A stretch of DNA of 64,000 nucleotides from the human T2T-CHM13v2.0 reference genome, Homo sapiens: NCBI RefSeq assembly GCF_009914755.1, contig NC_060931.1; one strand, 5' to 3'. A model generated the notes under the pieces. That model saw only the letters and a list, made by a program, of their open reading frames with translations. It was not told the origin of the DNA and searched no databases. Of this stretch, positions 13,180 to 28,499 are shown one piece after another (within the stretch, counting starts at the first letter, position 1; every line of letters starts with the position of its first letter). A program made the translations under genes and the position numbers.

Positions 13180-13850
13180 CCTCCTTGTGAAATACCACAG
13201 GTGGTCCCGCACGGTGTTCAGCAAGCCCTTGAGTCTGGCTCGCCCATCCGGCCCAGCAAGAGCAGTCCTGCCTAAGCTCTGTGTCTTACGCGTTTCCTTT
13301 GATATAAACACACTCAAAATAAGTGCACTGAATGACACATCAGTTTCCATCACGCGGGCTCCAGCCCTGGGAGCTGACACTGGGGAACCAGAACACAGTG
13401 TCAGAAGGGAACAGCAGAGAACAGCTTCTGCATATCACTTGGTGCTTGGTCTTGGAAATAAAAGGCAGCTGAAAGTCCATCATAAAGGGTATGGCTGCGC
13501 AGCTGCTGATGTTGAAGGAGACCACCGATTCCAAGTGCGGGGAGAACGTGACTGGAGGTTGAAGCTGGGTAAAAATCACTTCGGAAAACTTGCTAGAGCT
13601 CCCTCTCAGAAAGCAGTCATGCCACACATCCCTTCAGGACATGGCGGCCTTTCCCAGACCCGTGGAGAGTCCATTGCTGCTTCTTTTCCTATTCCAGTGA
13701 CTGGCGAGGCAGTTTGGGGTGGCGTTGTTGCTTGTGGCCACAGAAGGCCGCTGTCACCTTACACCGTTATGCTTCCTCATAACCCCCATAGATGTGTGAG
13801 TTCAGATGTTACATACAGGAACTATGGAACTGGTTTTCTTTGACAGCTAG
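13180..13850. promoter_or_regulatory. CpG-enriched unique segment (candidate promoter/enhancer)
   Basis: About 19 CpGs counted in 13201-13770 against a strongly CpG-depleted background; YY1-like gacATGGCGGcc at ~13638; no repeat recognised. Confidence 0.45.
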
Positions 13851-14029
13851 ATGGACACAAGCATTTTATTCTTATGAGTTTTTTTTTTAAATAAAGTTCA
13901 ATTGTTTTCAAAACATAATTGAATTTCAGCTCCATTTAAATGTTTTGAATTAAAATTAATATATTGATTGATAATTTGTATTTGCCTTTTAATTTTAAGG
14001 CAAAAAGTGAGGGATACTTGACACACAAT

Positions 14030-14140
14030 AACTGCACATACTTAAAGCACAACTTGAAAGTTTATATGTGTGTGTGTTTATCTCCACAGAAACATCATCT
14101 TTATCAAGAACATATCCATCACCATCAAATGCCTCCTCGT
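14030..14140 (-). mobile_element. L1MB/MC 3'-end fragment
   Basis: 'ttgacacacaataactgcacatacttaaagcacaacttga...gaacatatccatcacc'. Confidence 0.6.
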
Positions 14141-14249
14141 ATGAGACTCATTCCTTCCACCCCCACACCCATGAACCCTGACATTTTCCAATCTGGTCAC
14201 TGGAAAAAGGCACTATTCTCGGGCTTGCATGAGCACAAGTCCTGCTACT

Positions 14250-14592
14250 TTCATCCTTCTGGATGGTCCTTTCCTGGTTTTCATGTACTTTCTTCACATT
14301 TGAGCTGAAGGTAAGGCAGGGATCCTCTGTGGTTGGCTTCTGAGCCCTCTTGCTCTCTCGCAGGCTGCTTGCCCCAGGGACCCTGCTGATCCCCTCATAC
14401 GGGCCCTGGTGCTCACAGCCTGGACGCTGTCCCTGAGTCGGCTGGGGCAGTGGCAGGTGCACCTCACTGTCCTTCAGCTCTCAGGGATTACTGTCCTTGC
14501 TGTCTGGTGTCAGGTGCCTTCTGGCTTTTCTTTGTTTTAGTAGGAGCAATTATCCAGTCTCTGCTACTCCATCTTAGCCAGAAACAGAAGTC
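14250..14592 (-). mobile_element. L1ME-type 5'-end fragment
   Basis: 'ctctcagggattactgtccttgctgtctggtgtc...ctactccatcttagccagaaacagaagtc' matches the old L1ME 5' terminus in antisense. Confidence 0.6.
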
Positions 14593-15125
14593 TGCCTTTT
14601 AATTTTAGTAGATAGTTGCAAATATTTTAGAACAAATATTAATTGGAAAAGACATAAATATTTTTAACTTTTTATTTCTCCACTTAGTTTGATTTTTATG
14701 GAATTGTATTCTAATCCTTTTCACTTTGAATATAGTTACACTCACTTTAAGAATTATTTAGATCATTACTGACAATACCACAGGGATTATGTGAACACTT
14801 TGATTATAAACACAATTGGTGAATTTGTTGAGAGAAAAGAAAAAAATCTTGTGGAATAAAGATACAGTCATATGATTTATGAATATCTTTGTTTTAATTA
14901 TTGTTCATTCAATGATTGTCAGTTCATTGCAAGATCCAGACATAAGCAATAGTCTAGTCATCTTTTTATATTTTACCCATTTTGAGTCTTAACAGACTGT
15001 AGCTTAATAGAGATTATTTAATTTTGTCGCTAAGAATATGTTTCTGGTGAACACAATGACAGAACATATTTTATTTATCAGTGTATTCGCTTGACTTCTA
15101 TCAGTGTTAGACACTTATTATATGG

Positions 15126-15560
15126 GTCTCTGTCAGTTTGGGCTGTGCTCACAAGATACCATAGACTTTAAAAACAGAGACTTATAAAAACAGAAATTGA
15201 TTTCTCACAGTTACGGAGGCTGGAAGTCCAAGATCTGGGTGTCAGCATGGTCGGGATCAGGTGAGGTCCCTCTTCTGAGTTGCTGACAGCCAATCTGTTA
15301 TTATATCCTCACACGGGAAGGGAGAGAGAAAAAGAGAGAGAGAGTGAGAGAGAGAGAGAGAGAGAGTGCTGTGGGGTAACCTTTTATAAGCATTTTAATC
15401 CTTTTTTATAATGGGATTAGAATGGTACTAATCCCATTAATGATGGCTCTAGCCTTATGACCTATTCGCCTCCCAACGGTCCCATCTCATAATAAATCAC
15501 CTTGAAAGTTAGGAATTCAGCATATGAATTTAAGGTGACACAGACATTCAGTCATTTGCA
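15126..15560 (-). mobile_element. MLT1A0-like MaLR solo LTR with internal (GA)n
   Basis: 'atttctcacagttacggaggctggaagtccaagatc', 'ctaatcccatt', 'cagcatatgaattt...cagacattcagtcatttgca'. Confidence 0.88.
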
Positions 15561-16159
15561 GTCTCTATGTGGGCTTGTGCTTGGTCCAGGCACAGAAGTG
15601 AGGAGCAGTGCAGCCTCTAAACTTGTCCACCTAGGCCAAAACTCTATTACTTTTGGCATCAGTTCTGAATCATTCATTACTCTTTCTCCAAACCTGAGCA
15701 GCTACCTTGCTTCTTGAAGACAAGTGTAATGGTTACTTCTATTAATGGCTTAAAGGCCTCCGTGATTCTTACTTTCATCTGCTTGGATCTCTCCATACCC
15801 CCTGTTTTATTCTCTAGATTGTTGTTTGTCTCTGATCATCACTATTCCACTCCCTGGAACTCCCCACCACCACCAGCCGCCAGTATAACATGGAACATCC
15901 ATTAACCATCTTCCACTTCCATTGCCTAGGCAAATATCCTTCTCTTTGCAGTAGGGGCTACCTTCCAATATTCTGCTATCTTGCACAAAAGTACTACACT
16001 CTAGACTAGGCACTATTATTTTATTGAAAACCCTACCCATAAAGGATCAGTATTAATAAGATAAGCTAAAATATAAATAGATCAACCTAGCATTGTATGA
16101 GCAAATAAAACATGAAAACGTTAAAATAATCAAAATTCTGTAAGAAACCATTTCAATTC

Positions 16160-17278
16160 AGTTCCTTCTTCAGTATTCCCTATCTCAGTGTATCTGCATT
16201 TATCATGGTATCTGCATTTATCAAGACTTAAACATTGGAATTCTCTTTACCTCTACTTTTATCTGACCTGAGTCACCTTTGAATAGTCTTATCAGTGGGA
16301 CCCTCAGTTGTGGTAACAAAATATTTTTTGAATCTCTCCATCTTCTCTCCTATTCCACTGTTATCTCCAAGTCAACACAATTTTTACGCAGCTTTTTTCA
16401 CACAGGGTTATTATTCTAGTCTTCAAACTGTTTTTATTAATTTTTCTCTTGTTCTCCTATAATATACTTTAAACAGAATCAGAGTACAGCCACCAGGTAG
16501 CATACAGGACAACCAGTTAAATTGAAAGACAGAAGAAAAATAATATGTTTTTGGTAAAAGTATGCCCCAAATATTGACCGGGATAAATTGTGCTATTTTT
16601 ATTTGCTTTAGAAACATTTGCCGTAGCAAATAAAAAAACTGGCAATACTGAACCAGAATGATATGTCTTTATTTTAACAGAAAACAGATTATGCTATGCA
16701 CTTGTTGAAAAATCCTTTAGTCTTCTCATTAAACTTAGAATCAAATTACTCTGACCTTGAAAACCCTACATGATACGATCTCCAAATCTATCTCCTGCCA
16801 TTCTCCACTCAACCACTCCTCTTCAAGCAGGTCTTTCTCATTCCTGAAATTGCCTGGTCTGTTCTTGCTCTAGGACATCTGAATTTGCAGTTCCCCTATC
16901 CCTGCCATGCCCCTCTTTTCTAAGAATGCCATATGACTGCCTTATTTTTCATAATGCAGGCCTCAGTTCAAGGATCACCTCACCAGAAAGATACTCCAGG
17001 GGTCATGCTTCCCTTGTGACTCTACACCCTTCTTTTTAGCACCTATCGCAATCTAAATTACAGTTTTAATTTGTTTGAGATATTATTTACCCTTACTCAA
17101 AACTTTATTTTGCTTTTATTACCCATCTACATTCTCACCCTGATCCCAAGCACCACAGAAATGTGGGTCTTGTCATTCTGGTTCTTTGCTGTATCTTCCA
17201 TCCCCTTTCCTTATCCTCAGGACACACACCATTGTCTGACCCAAAGGGCACCCACCGTCAATTTGGATGAATGATAAA
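16160..17278 (+). mobile_element. L2 3' region, interrupted by MER53
   Basis: 'ttccctatctcagt', 'ggcctcagttcaaggatcacctcacc', 'ttctttgctgtatct', terminal 'ggatgaatgat'. Confidence 0.7.
16485..16650. mobile_element. MER53 (hAT MITE), internally deleted
   Basis: 'atacaggacaaccagttaaattgaa...aagtatgccccaaatattg...ttttatttgct...ctggcaa'. Confidence 0.75.
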
Positions 17279-19173
17279 TTATATTGAGTTCCTAATCAGA
17301 ATCTAAATACAAAGGGAGTGTGGTGAGGTGGACAGAAGAGGATAAAACTAAGAGAAAAAAACATGCAGACAGAAATACCTGGAATCAGATGTGGAGGCAG
17401 TGATAAAAGATTCCAATAAATGTGAAACTACAGTTCTGGCCACCAAAACCAAGTCTCAGACAAAGTAAATGAGAAGTCTGGATAGTCAGCAGTCATTTTC
17501 AATGACTTCAATGAATTTCAATGAATTCACGTACGTTGAAAAAAATTGAAAATAATGAGACAAATAATATCTAATAGTGTCAGACTTCCCATGGAAAACC
17601 AAGATTCACACTGCAATGACTTTTCTTCCTATTCCCAAAGGGTGCTTTCTATGACATAAGGAAACACAGCTCCCTCTAATCTCTGTAGCCAGGCTTGTGA
17701 GTGGAGTGAAGTGAATGGTCTGAGTGGAGTGGATGCTGAGAGACATTTTATAGCCTCTCCTCTTATAGACACAGGACATTGAAAGGGTTGGCTAGAGAGG
17801 GTAGAAAAGTAAGCATACTCTTCCTTCTATTTATAAATAGAAGTAAGGAATGAATAAGATGGCACTGTGAAGGAAAGGTGTTAAATAGGGCAATGATGAA
17901 GACAAATGAATAGATGCATTTGAAAATGAACTCACTGGATAGTCTCTTGAGATCTGCTATATATAGTTGCTTTCCTTCCCCAAGATTGCATATAATGTTT
18001 ATTTAATAAGTACAAAATACATGTTTACTGGATGATGAGGAAACTGAAACGTTGATGTCTGTTTGTGCAAAGGATTATTGTGTTTTGGAGGAAGAAATAG
18101 AGAGGGCCAGGATATCATAGCTTGATAGAAGCCCCCCAACCCACGCCCCCTATAAATCTAACCTGACAGCAGAGCTAAGATTACTACAAATTCCCTTCCT
18201 AAGGCCTTGTAGAATCAATTCAGTGGACCTGATCACAGTAGGCCTATTTGTATGATGGTGATTACTGTCAAAGCGTAATTTTCAAAAAAGTTAGAAAGAT
18301 TCCTGTCATACAGATATGGAGTGAAGACAGCATTTGAGGAATTGGATATTCTTTTCAAAAGAATATTAAAATAAGATTGCTACATTTCACAGATACAAAA
18401 CTGATTAATGTCTTATAGGTCAATAAACCCATAGCCTTTGGTGTTATCATTTCTGCAGAACAAAAATCAACAAGGTAATGTGTAACTTCACAGAGTCTAA
18501 AATCTATCAAAATAGAAAATAACAAAGTCAAACACAGAGATAAAATAATCACTGGATGGGCCTGTTAAATATTGTTCCACTTTGACAAGGAAAGGCTACA
18601 CTGTTATTTACTTTTACTTGATTTCCAAGTTTTTGAATAATTCTCTTACCCTCAATACCTTTTTTATTTGTATGACAAGTCATTTTATTCATTATTATTT
18701 CATAAGAAAATTGAAGAGTTGGGAATATCATGGGAGGGGGTCCTGAGGAAACTTGTATGTAATTCAGAGAGATTATTTATTAGACCCACTGATCAGTATT
18801 CCCTAGGAGTTGATGAAAAAATATAATTACTTAATTATTAATTTAAAGATTGTTGCCACAGTGGAAGGGGAGAATATTTGTTAGCATTTATTTATGTAAA
18901 CATTTTTCTTCATAGTTTTAAATGCTTGCTAAACAACTAGAAATTGTGAGAGCTTGAGCTAAAAGACAACCGGTTCTAAACCAGAATGTCAGAATTGTGT
19001 CTCAATATTTTATTCCATGATAGATAAAATGATGAAGTGATATCCTTAAAGTCAGGAGCAAATTTTCCTTTGAATGAAACTTCTAAAACCTTGATAAAGG
19101 TGATTTTTAAGGCAAAAAAGGTGGTTAATCAGCCTGTTTATTTTAGTGATTAAAATCTAATTGAACACTCTAC

Positions 19174-19380
19174 TTGTCCAACCCAGGTTCCATGCAGCCC
19201 AGGATGGCTTTGAGTAAGGCCCAACACAAATTTGTAATCTTTCTTAAAACATTATGAGATTTTTTTGTGTGACTTTTTTTAGTTCATTAGCTATCTTTAG
19301 TGGTAATGTATTTTCTGTGTAGTCTGAGACAATTCTTCTTCCAATGTGGCCCAGGAAAGCCACATGCTTGGATGCCCCTG
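19174..19380. mobile_element. MER30 (hAT-Charlie MITE)
   Basis: 'gcccaggatggctttga...ggcccaacacaaatttgta...aattcttcttccaatgtggcccaggaaagcc...ttggatgcccctg'. Confidence 0.9.
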
Positions 19381-19953
19381 CTCTACACTTTTTCAGTTGT
19401 TCTTCCCTCATCTTTTAAGTTTCTTACCTCATCTTTTAAGATTCTTACCAACACCTTTTAAGGTGTTGTTGGGGCTGAGCTTGAGGCCGGCATACAGAGG
19501 TGAAATTATGAAGGGGAGAGATTGGCTCTTATTTTCCTGTTGAATAGCAGAAATATAGAAGTGTATATGGAAGGTGACAAGAAAGGAGTGAATCCAGCCC
19601 AGTAATTCTTGTGGGATGAGAGTCATTTGAAACATAAGGGTGTCTGTGACAGTGTGTCTTAACTGGTATCTCTAAAACAATACTTTGCTGTAATAATTTA
19701 GGATCAATTATGTTTAAATGGTTTTAGTCACAAAAGTTCTGACTTTGTTTATCACAAAATAATAGAGCATTTTTACTTAAATCATTAGTGTTGAACAAGC
19801 TATTATAAAATTTGAACAACTGAGAAAAGAAATAACTTACAATTGTTTCTTTTTTCCTTGTTAACAACACAGGCAAGTTGTGCAAAATGCTCCCTAAAAA
19901 TAAAAGTGCTTATAGAACTTTGTAACTGGAGCCCTAATAAAAATCCTCAAAGA

Positions 19954-20251
<298 letters not shown>

Positions 20252-21639
20252 GGTCCTAAAAGAATACAAGCTTTCCCAGCATTTGCACCTAGAATCACAG
20301 TGAGCCAGTCCTTTCCAGACTTTATTCCTGGGGCTCCAGTCTAATCCCATAGGGCTGAGGGGACTTTTGCTTTTAAGAGAAAAGGTTTTCATGTAGATTA
20401 AAGATCCAAATTAAGGTGTAGCCTCCTTCATTACCCCGTTGTTACTGGAAATGATAGTGGCTCTTGAAGACATAAACCAGTCACATTACATACTAATTTC
20501 ATTTATGTGATCATTACTTACCTACGTATTATTGTACATGATAATGTTCATCAAAGAAATACAGGTTTAAGCAGAACACACTGTAGTCCCTTCTTTTCTC
20601 TCAGAGTTTATTTCCAATCACACGGGGGTAAAATAATAACTAAACTTGTTTTAATGGTGATCAGAAGGCTGAAATATTAGGAATGCACAACATGTGTAGA
20701 AGGATGAAAAGGGTGGATAACGTTCAGACTGGAAAAGTGCAGGTCAAAGCAGCCATAGAAGCTCCTCATGGCGTTCGGAGCAAAAACAGCAGGAAAATTC
20801 ACTAACTCACTCTTCTAACTCTGCCGTAGTATTTCAGTAACTAGACGGACATCACAGGAAGGGAAATAGGGAAGCTGGGTTTGGACCTTTCATGATCTTT
20901 CTGACATTGACCTAAACAGTTTAAGCCAAAACAAAGAAGGCCCTATTATTTGACAGTCCCTGGAATCTGAACAGTGCGTGGAAAGGAAGAAAGTTGCTGT
21001 GTCAAAAAGTGAGTTTCTTATTACAATAATTCTTCAAGTGGAATCATAAGAAACACTTATTAAGGTTGTTACTCAAGGGACATACCTGTGTTTTGAGAAT
21101 TAAGCTAAATAAGTTTTAAGTCTTTTACCTTTGGACATTTATACTTTTAATTTTAAAATGTATTATATTTTATTATATAAAGAAAATGACACAAAGTCTA
21201 GAGAATGTCACTAAGTCTTGGACTTAGAGTATCCATAGAACGAACTTTGTCAATGCACTTTTTTCTTTCTTTGAGAGCGTTAAGAACAAATAAGGCTTTT
21301 GTTTTACTTAATTTTGTTATTAAGCTATTCCTCTAAACACTGGAGTAGCTGGGCTATTGCCATTCTACATTCTTAAAGACTTTAATTTAGTGTGTCACAA
21401 TGTATCAAGTATATTACATGCTTTAAGTTATTTAATTATGACGAATCTATAGAATAGATACTAATAGTAGATACTAATCCTTTTGTGCATGAAAAGAACA
21501 AGGCATACAGCACGGAAGTCATGTGAACAATAACACATGAGTAATAAATGAAGAAGGGGGTGTGAGTCCACATTGTTGGGTTTCAGAACCTGGCACTTAA
21601 GTCAGACCTACACCAGCTGGTGCTCAGAGGGGAGATGTA

Positions 21640-22120
21640 TTCTTTGATCAACCCACGTTTCCTAACCTCTTTGTTCTGGTAACAGCACTGTTCATCCCTA
21701 TGGAAATTTTTCTTTTCCATTCCAAGCATATGGTGTCAGTGGGGGTTCCCTTCTCAGTGCCCTATCTCCAGGCTACTGGTGGTAGATTTTTATTCCCATG
21801 CCACCGGCCTTGGTATTTGTTCTAAGAAGTGGATGTGTGACCCAGGCTGAACCAATACACTTCCTTGAAATTTTATTTAAAGTAGTTACAAGCTAGAAGT
21901 TTCTTCTCTGAGATATTTAAGCTTGAGTAATATGCTTCCAGGACTGTCACTGGACATAGTCTCTGATTCTGGAGAAAGTCATCTATGGAAGAAAATAGCA
22001 GATTTACCAACAAGTGAAAGAGACTGAGAGAAGCCTCCCAAGTTCCATGTCGGAGGGTTATAGGAGCGTGCTCATTTGTACCTCTCTTCCTTTGATTCCA
22101 TGAGGTCTAACAAGTTTTTT
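21640..22120 (+). mobile_element. Old ERVL LTR (LTR16/LTR33-like)
   Basis: 'ttctggtaacagcac' and 'atgtgtgacccaggctgaaccaat' motifs. Confidence 0.45.
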
Positions 22121-22344
22121 ACCATACCCTTGCTACACACAAATATTTTAAAGGTAATTATAGGACAAGTGTTAATGATGCTAAAACATTTTAATAGCTA
22201 TTTTTAAAGTATTTTGTAGCAAAATATATGCATCAGAGTCTCCAGTTAATCTCATTTTAAAGAGCACACATTGATGAGGTCTGCAGCTTCTAAAGGCCGG
22301 CAAAAATGAGCATGGATGGCAGAGTAGTTAGTTACCTAATTCTC

Positions 22345-22470
22345 AACTTCACATTTATAATGTAGGGTTAATGATGCAAATGTAAAAACAAGGCTGTGAA
22401 ACTTGAGTATATGTAAAGCACCGAACAGAGTGGCATATATTCAGCAGACTCAATAAAAGGAAACTATTAT
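22345..22470 (+). mobile_element. MIR 3' fragment
   Basis: 'ggctgtgaa...tatatgtaaagcaccgaacagagtggcatatattcagcagactcaataaa...tattatt'. Confidence 0.6.
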
Positions 22471-22914
22471 TGTGAAATATTATGTTATTAAATATTTTAT
22501 AATAATCACGGTCATTTCTTGAGTCCCTTTGTGTACTAATGTCTAGAATATTGTCCATAAAGCACTATCTACCTATTGAATGGATGTTACATTAATTTTG
22601 GATTATAAAACCTAGAAAAAACTGTTAAGTAATAAATTAATAAAAAATTTAAATTGAAAATTCCAGAATGCACATTTTTAATGTTATTAAAAATGGACAC
22701 CTTTTTCTCACACATTCAATTTCATTGTCTCGCACCCCATCGTTTTACTTTTCCTCCTTCAGAAAATGATAAATGTTGGCAAATATTTATGTCACAATGT
22801 GACTAGTGTTCTTCTAGAGGTCAGCATAAATTGCTGTATAGATTTAGGTAAGGAAGCCTATGATTCTTCCTGGTGAGGTAGAAATGTTTATGGAACAGGC
22901 CACATTCTCATTGT

Positions 22915-23210
22915 GTCTTTTAGGATGAGATGTGGCTTCCCAAATAAGTCAAAGGGAAGACAGTACTGAGCAGAGGTAACATCATAGGCAAAAGTACAAT
23001 GGTGTGAGAGGTCATGGAATCTGGGAGGGATGTAAAAATATGATCTAGTGGCAACTTAGGGCACGTGACCTGGGGAGTCTAGAGGAGAATCTAGTAAAAA
23101 CAATCAATTGAAAAAAAGGATCTTTCCCACCTGCAGGATTTTGATATCAACTCTCTCATCAGTGACTGGCATTAAAGATTTATAAAGCAGAAGAAAAGTG
23201 ATCAGATTAA
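22915..23210 (-). mobile_element. L2 fragment
   Basis: 'gcagaggtaacatcataggcaaaag', 'cattaaagatttataaagcagaag...gtgatcagatt'. Confidence 0.55.
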
Positions 23211-23577
23211 AAAAAATTTGTGGGCAACATTCACAAAAGAATGGATTCCATGAGAACAGAAAAAAAAAAGAAAAAGTCTAAGACATAATTTTGGAAAGTT
23301 TAAAAGTGAATTTGGACAAAAGTGATGTCTGTAGGACTCTGATATAGGTAACTAACGTGTGCTGTTGCAAGGGGATCCTTTGATCTAGAAAAATAGATGG
23401 GATAAAAAAACAGGGAGGAGTGGTGGGGTGGGGATAACACATGCTGAAAAGTGGCACTTGACCTAAAAATGTTAGATAATTTAAGATAAAGAAGTTTTAA
23501 TAATAAGAACAAAACGAAAAAATAAAATGGTGGTGAAAAATAATTATTAGAAATAGAAAAAAGTTATGTTTAATTTC

Positions 23578-23866
23578 TTTTTTTTTTTGAGATGAAGTTT
23601 TGCTCTTGTTACCCAGGCTGGAGGGCGGTGGCGGGATCTCGGCTCAGTGCAACCTCTGCCTCCTGGTTTGAAGTGATTGCCTCAGCCTCCCCAGTAGCTG
23701 GGATTACAGGCATGCACCACTACGCCTGGCTAATTTTTGTATTTTTAGTAGAGACGGGGTTTCGCCACGTTGGCCAGGCTGGTCTCCAACTCGTGACCTC
23801 AGGTGATCCACCTGCCTCGGCCTCCCAAAGTGTTGGGATTACAGGTGTGAGCCACCATGCCCGGCC
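23578..23866 (-). mobile_element. AluSq-like, full length
   Basis: PolyT followed by antisense Alu; TSD agttatgtttaatttct on both sides. Confidence 0.94.
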
Positions 23867-23939
23867 AGTTATGTTTAATTTCTTTATCATTATTTAGCAG
23901 ATTGATGCTTGTAACTGGATAGTTTGTTGGTTTGTTTGT

Positions 23940-25745
23940 TTTTACTTTAATAAACTATACTTTTTAGAACAGTTTTGGATTTGTAGAAAAATAAGAAGAT
24001 TGAACAGAGAGGAGTTCCTATATAACTGGTATCTAGTTTCTCTATCATAGGTATATTTTATACCTACAATACATTTATACCTTTAATACATTTGATACAA
24101 TTAATGAATAGATAGTGTTATATTTTATGGATTAAATTCCTTACTTTATTCAGATTTTTTAAATTTTTACTTAATGTTTCAGAATCTTATCTAGTATATA
24201 ACATTATGTTTAGTGATCATGTCTCCTTAGGCATTCCTTAGCTGTGAAAGTTTCTGAGATATTCCTTGACTTTGATGACCTTGACAATTGTGAGGAGGAC
24301 TAGTCAAATGTTTTATAGCTTGCCTCTCAAATGATATTTGTCTAATGTTTTTCTTGTTGTTAGACTTTGCTTATGGATTTTGGGAAGAAAACAATGAGGT
24401 AAAATGTGATTCTCGTTGCACTATATCAAAGATAAAAATTAGTAACATTATTTATCACTGGTGATATTGACCTTGATCACCTTGTTGAGGTAGTATTTTT
24501 CAAGTTTCTTCATTGTAAAATGGATTTATTTCCCCCCTTTTCATACTATATCCTTAGAATTAAGTCACTTTGCACAATCTACAAATAAGGAATGGCAAAG
24601 TGAACTTCAACTCACTGACAAATTATATATATAAATTACTAGGATTTTTTTTCTGCATAAAAGTCCAGTGTATTCTCTCCCAATTATGAATTGATTCAAT
24701 CATTTATTTATGCTAATATGGACTCATGGATGTTTATGTTATATTTTGGATTACAATCCAACGTTATTTTGCTTCCTTGTTCAAATTGATCCAGCCATGG
24801 TCACTGAGAGCTCTTTCAGTTAACTCTGGCCCCACTAACATAACTACAAATGATGTTTTTATTTGTTTTGTATTTTTCAGCACTTCCTTGATTTTTGGAA
24901 CTACAACATTCTCAACCCTCACATGAAGCCTAACATAAATACATACTACAGTAATTCCTCACTTAACATCCTTGAAAGGGTCTTGGATACTGTAGCTTTA
25001 AGCAAAACAATATATAGCTGGTCCGTGAATAATATCACTTTGTTCAATGTAATTTCGTTACACTACTGTTGAGAAAAAAATGGGTTTTGTTATATATTAT
25101 TTCCCTTAAAGTCATGTTTCCAAAAATGTATTTTTGATGTTAAGTGAGGAATTACTATACCTTCAATTCTAAATATTACCACATGGATGATTCTAGCCTG
25201 CTCTACTTGTTCATCTGTAAACTCTCACTCCAGCATTGAAGATGATTCCCACCATCCACAAAACCTTTATTTAATGTTTAATGTTGTTGTACATATGGAA
25301 GAGTATCAGAATTGTTAACCTTACAGTTGTGAGGAACAACTTTATCAATTAGACTCCAATGTTATATACAGTTTCTTTCATCTTCAGTCTAACAGACTCC
25401 ACTGATTTCCAAAGTTACTTAGGTCAGCAACTTTTGTCTACCTCTTCTGTAACTAAGGTTAATACATTTTAGATACATTAGATGTTTTTGTCAAATTCTG
25501 CATTTCATCATAGGAACCCCAGTCTCATAAATAGTTTTAATTCCATTAAGGTTCGCTTTTTGTGCTATAAATTTCTATGGGGTTTGACAAATGCTTAATG
25601 TTATATATCTACCATTATGGTATCATACAGTTTTCCACCCTAAAATATCCCCGTACATTGATGGATTCTACTTTTCCTCACTTCTAAAAAAATCTCAGTC
25701 AAACACTGATCCTTTTACCATCACTGTAGTTTCCCTTTATTCTGT
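23940..25745 (-). mobile_element. L1MC/L1MD 3'UTR, interrupted by MER6B
   Basis: 'tttttagaacagttttggatttgtagaaaa', 'catgtctccttagg', 'tttgatgaccttgacaattgtgaggaggactagtca', 'ttctatggggtttgacaaatgc'. Confidence 0.85.
24949..25157. mobile_element. MER6B (TcMar-Tigger MITE)
   Basis: TIRs agtaattcctcacttaacatc / gatgttaagtgaggaattact, TA flanks, ~210 bp, internal 'agctggtccgtgaataa'. Confidence 0.85.
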
Positions 25746-25752
25746 GTCCTTG

Positions 25753-26032
<280 letters not shown>

Positions 26033-26041
26033 TCCTTGTAC

Positions 26042-26124
26042 TTTTTTTTTTTTTTTGAGACAGAGTCTCTCTCTGTTGCCCAGGCTGGAGTACAGTGGCA
26101 TGGTCTCAGCTCACTGCAACCTCC
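26042..26124 (-). mobile_element. Alu 3' fragment
   Basis: PolyT plus 'gagacagagtctctctctgttgcccaggctggag...gcaacctcc'. Confidence 0.9.
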
Positions 26125-28480
<2,356 letters not shown>

Positions 28481-28499
28481 ATTTTCTATCACAACATAA

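Noticed and set aside
13187-13843. 218-aa ORF as a protein-coding gene
   Set aside because: GTG start, no recognisable domain, and composition typical of a GC-rich non-coding frame; kept only as a regulatory/proto-gene finding.
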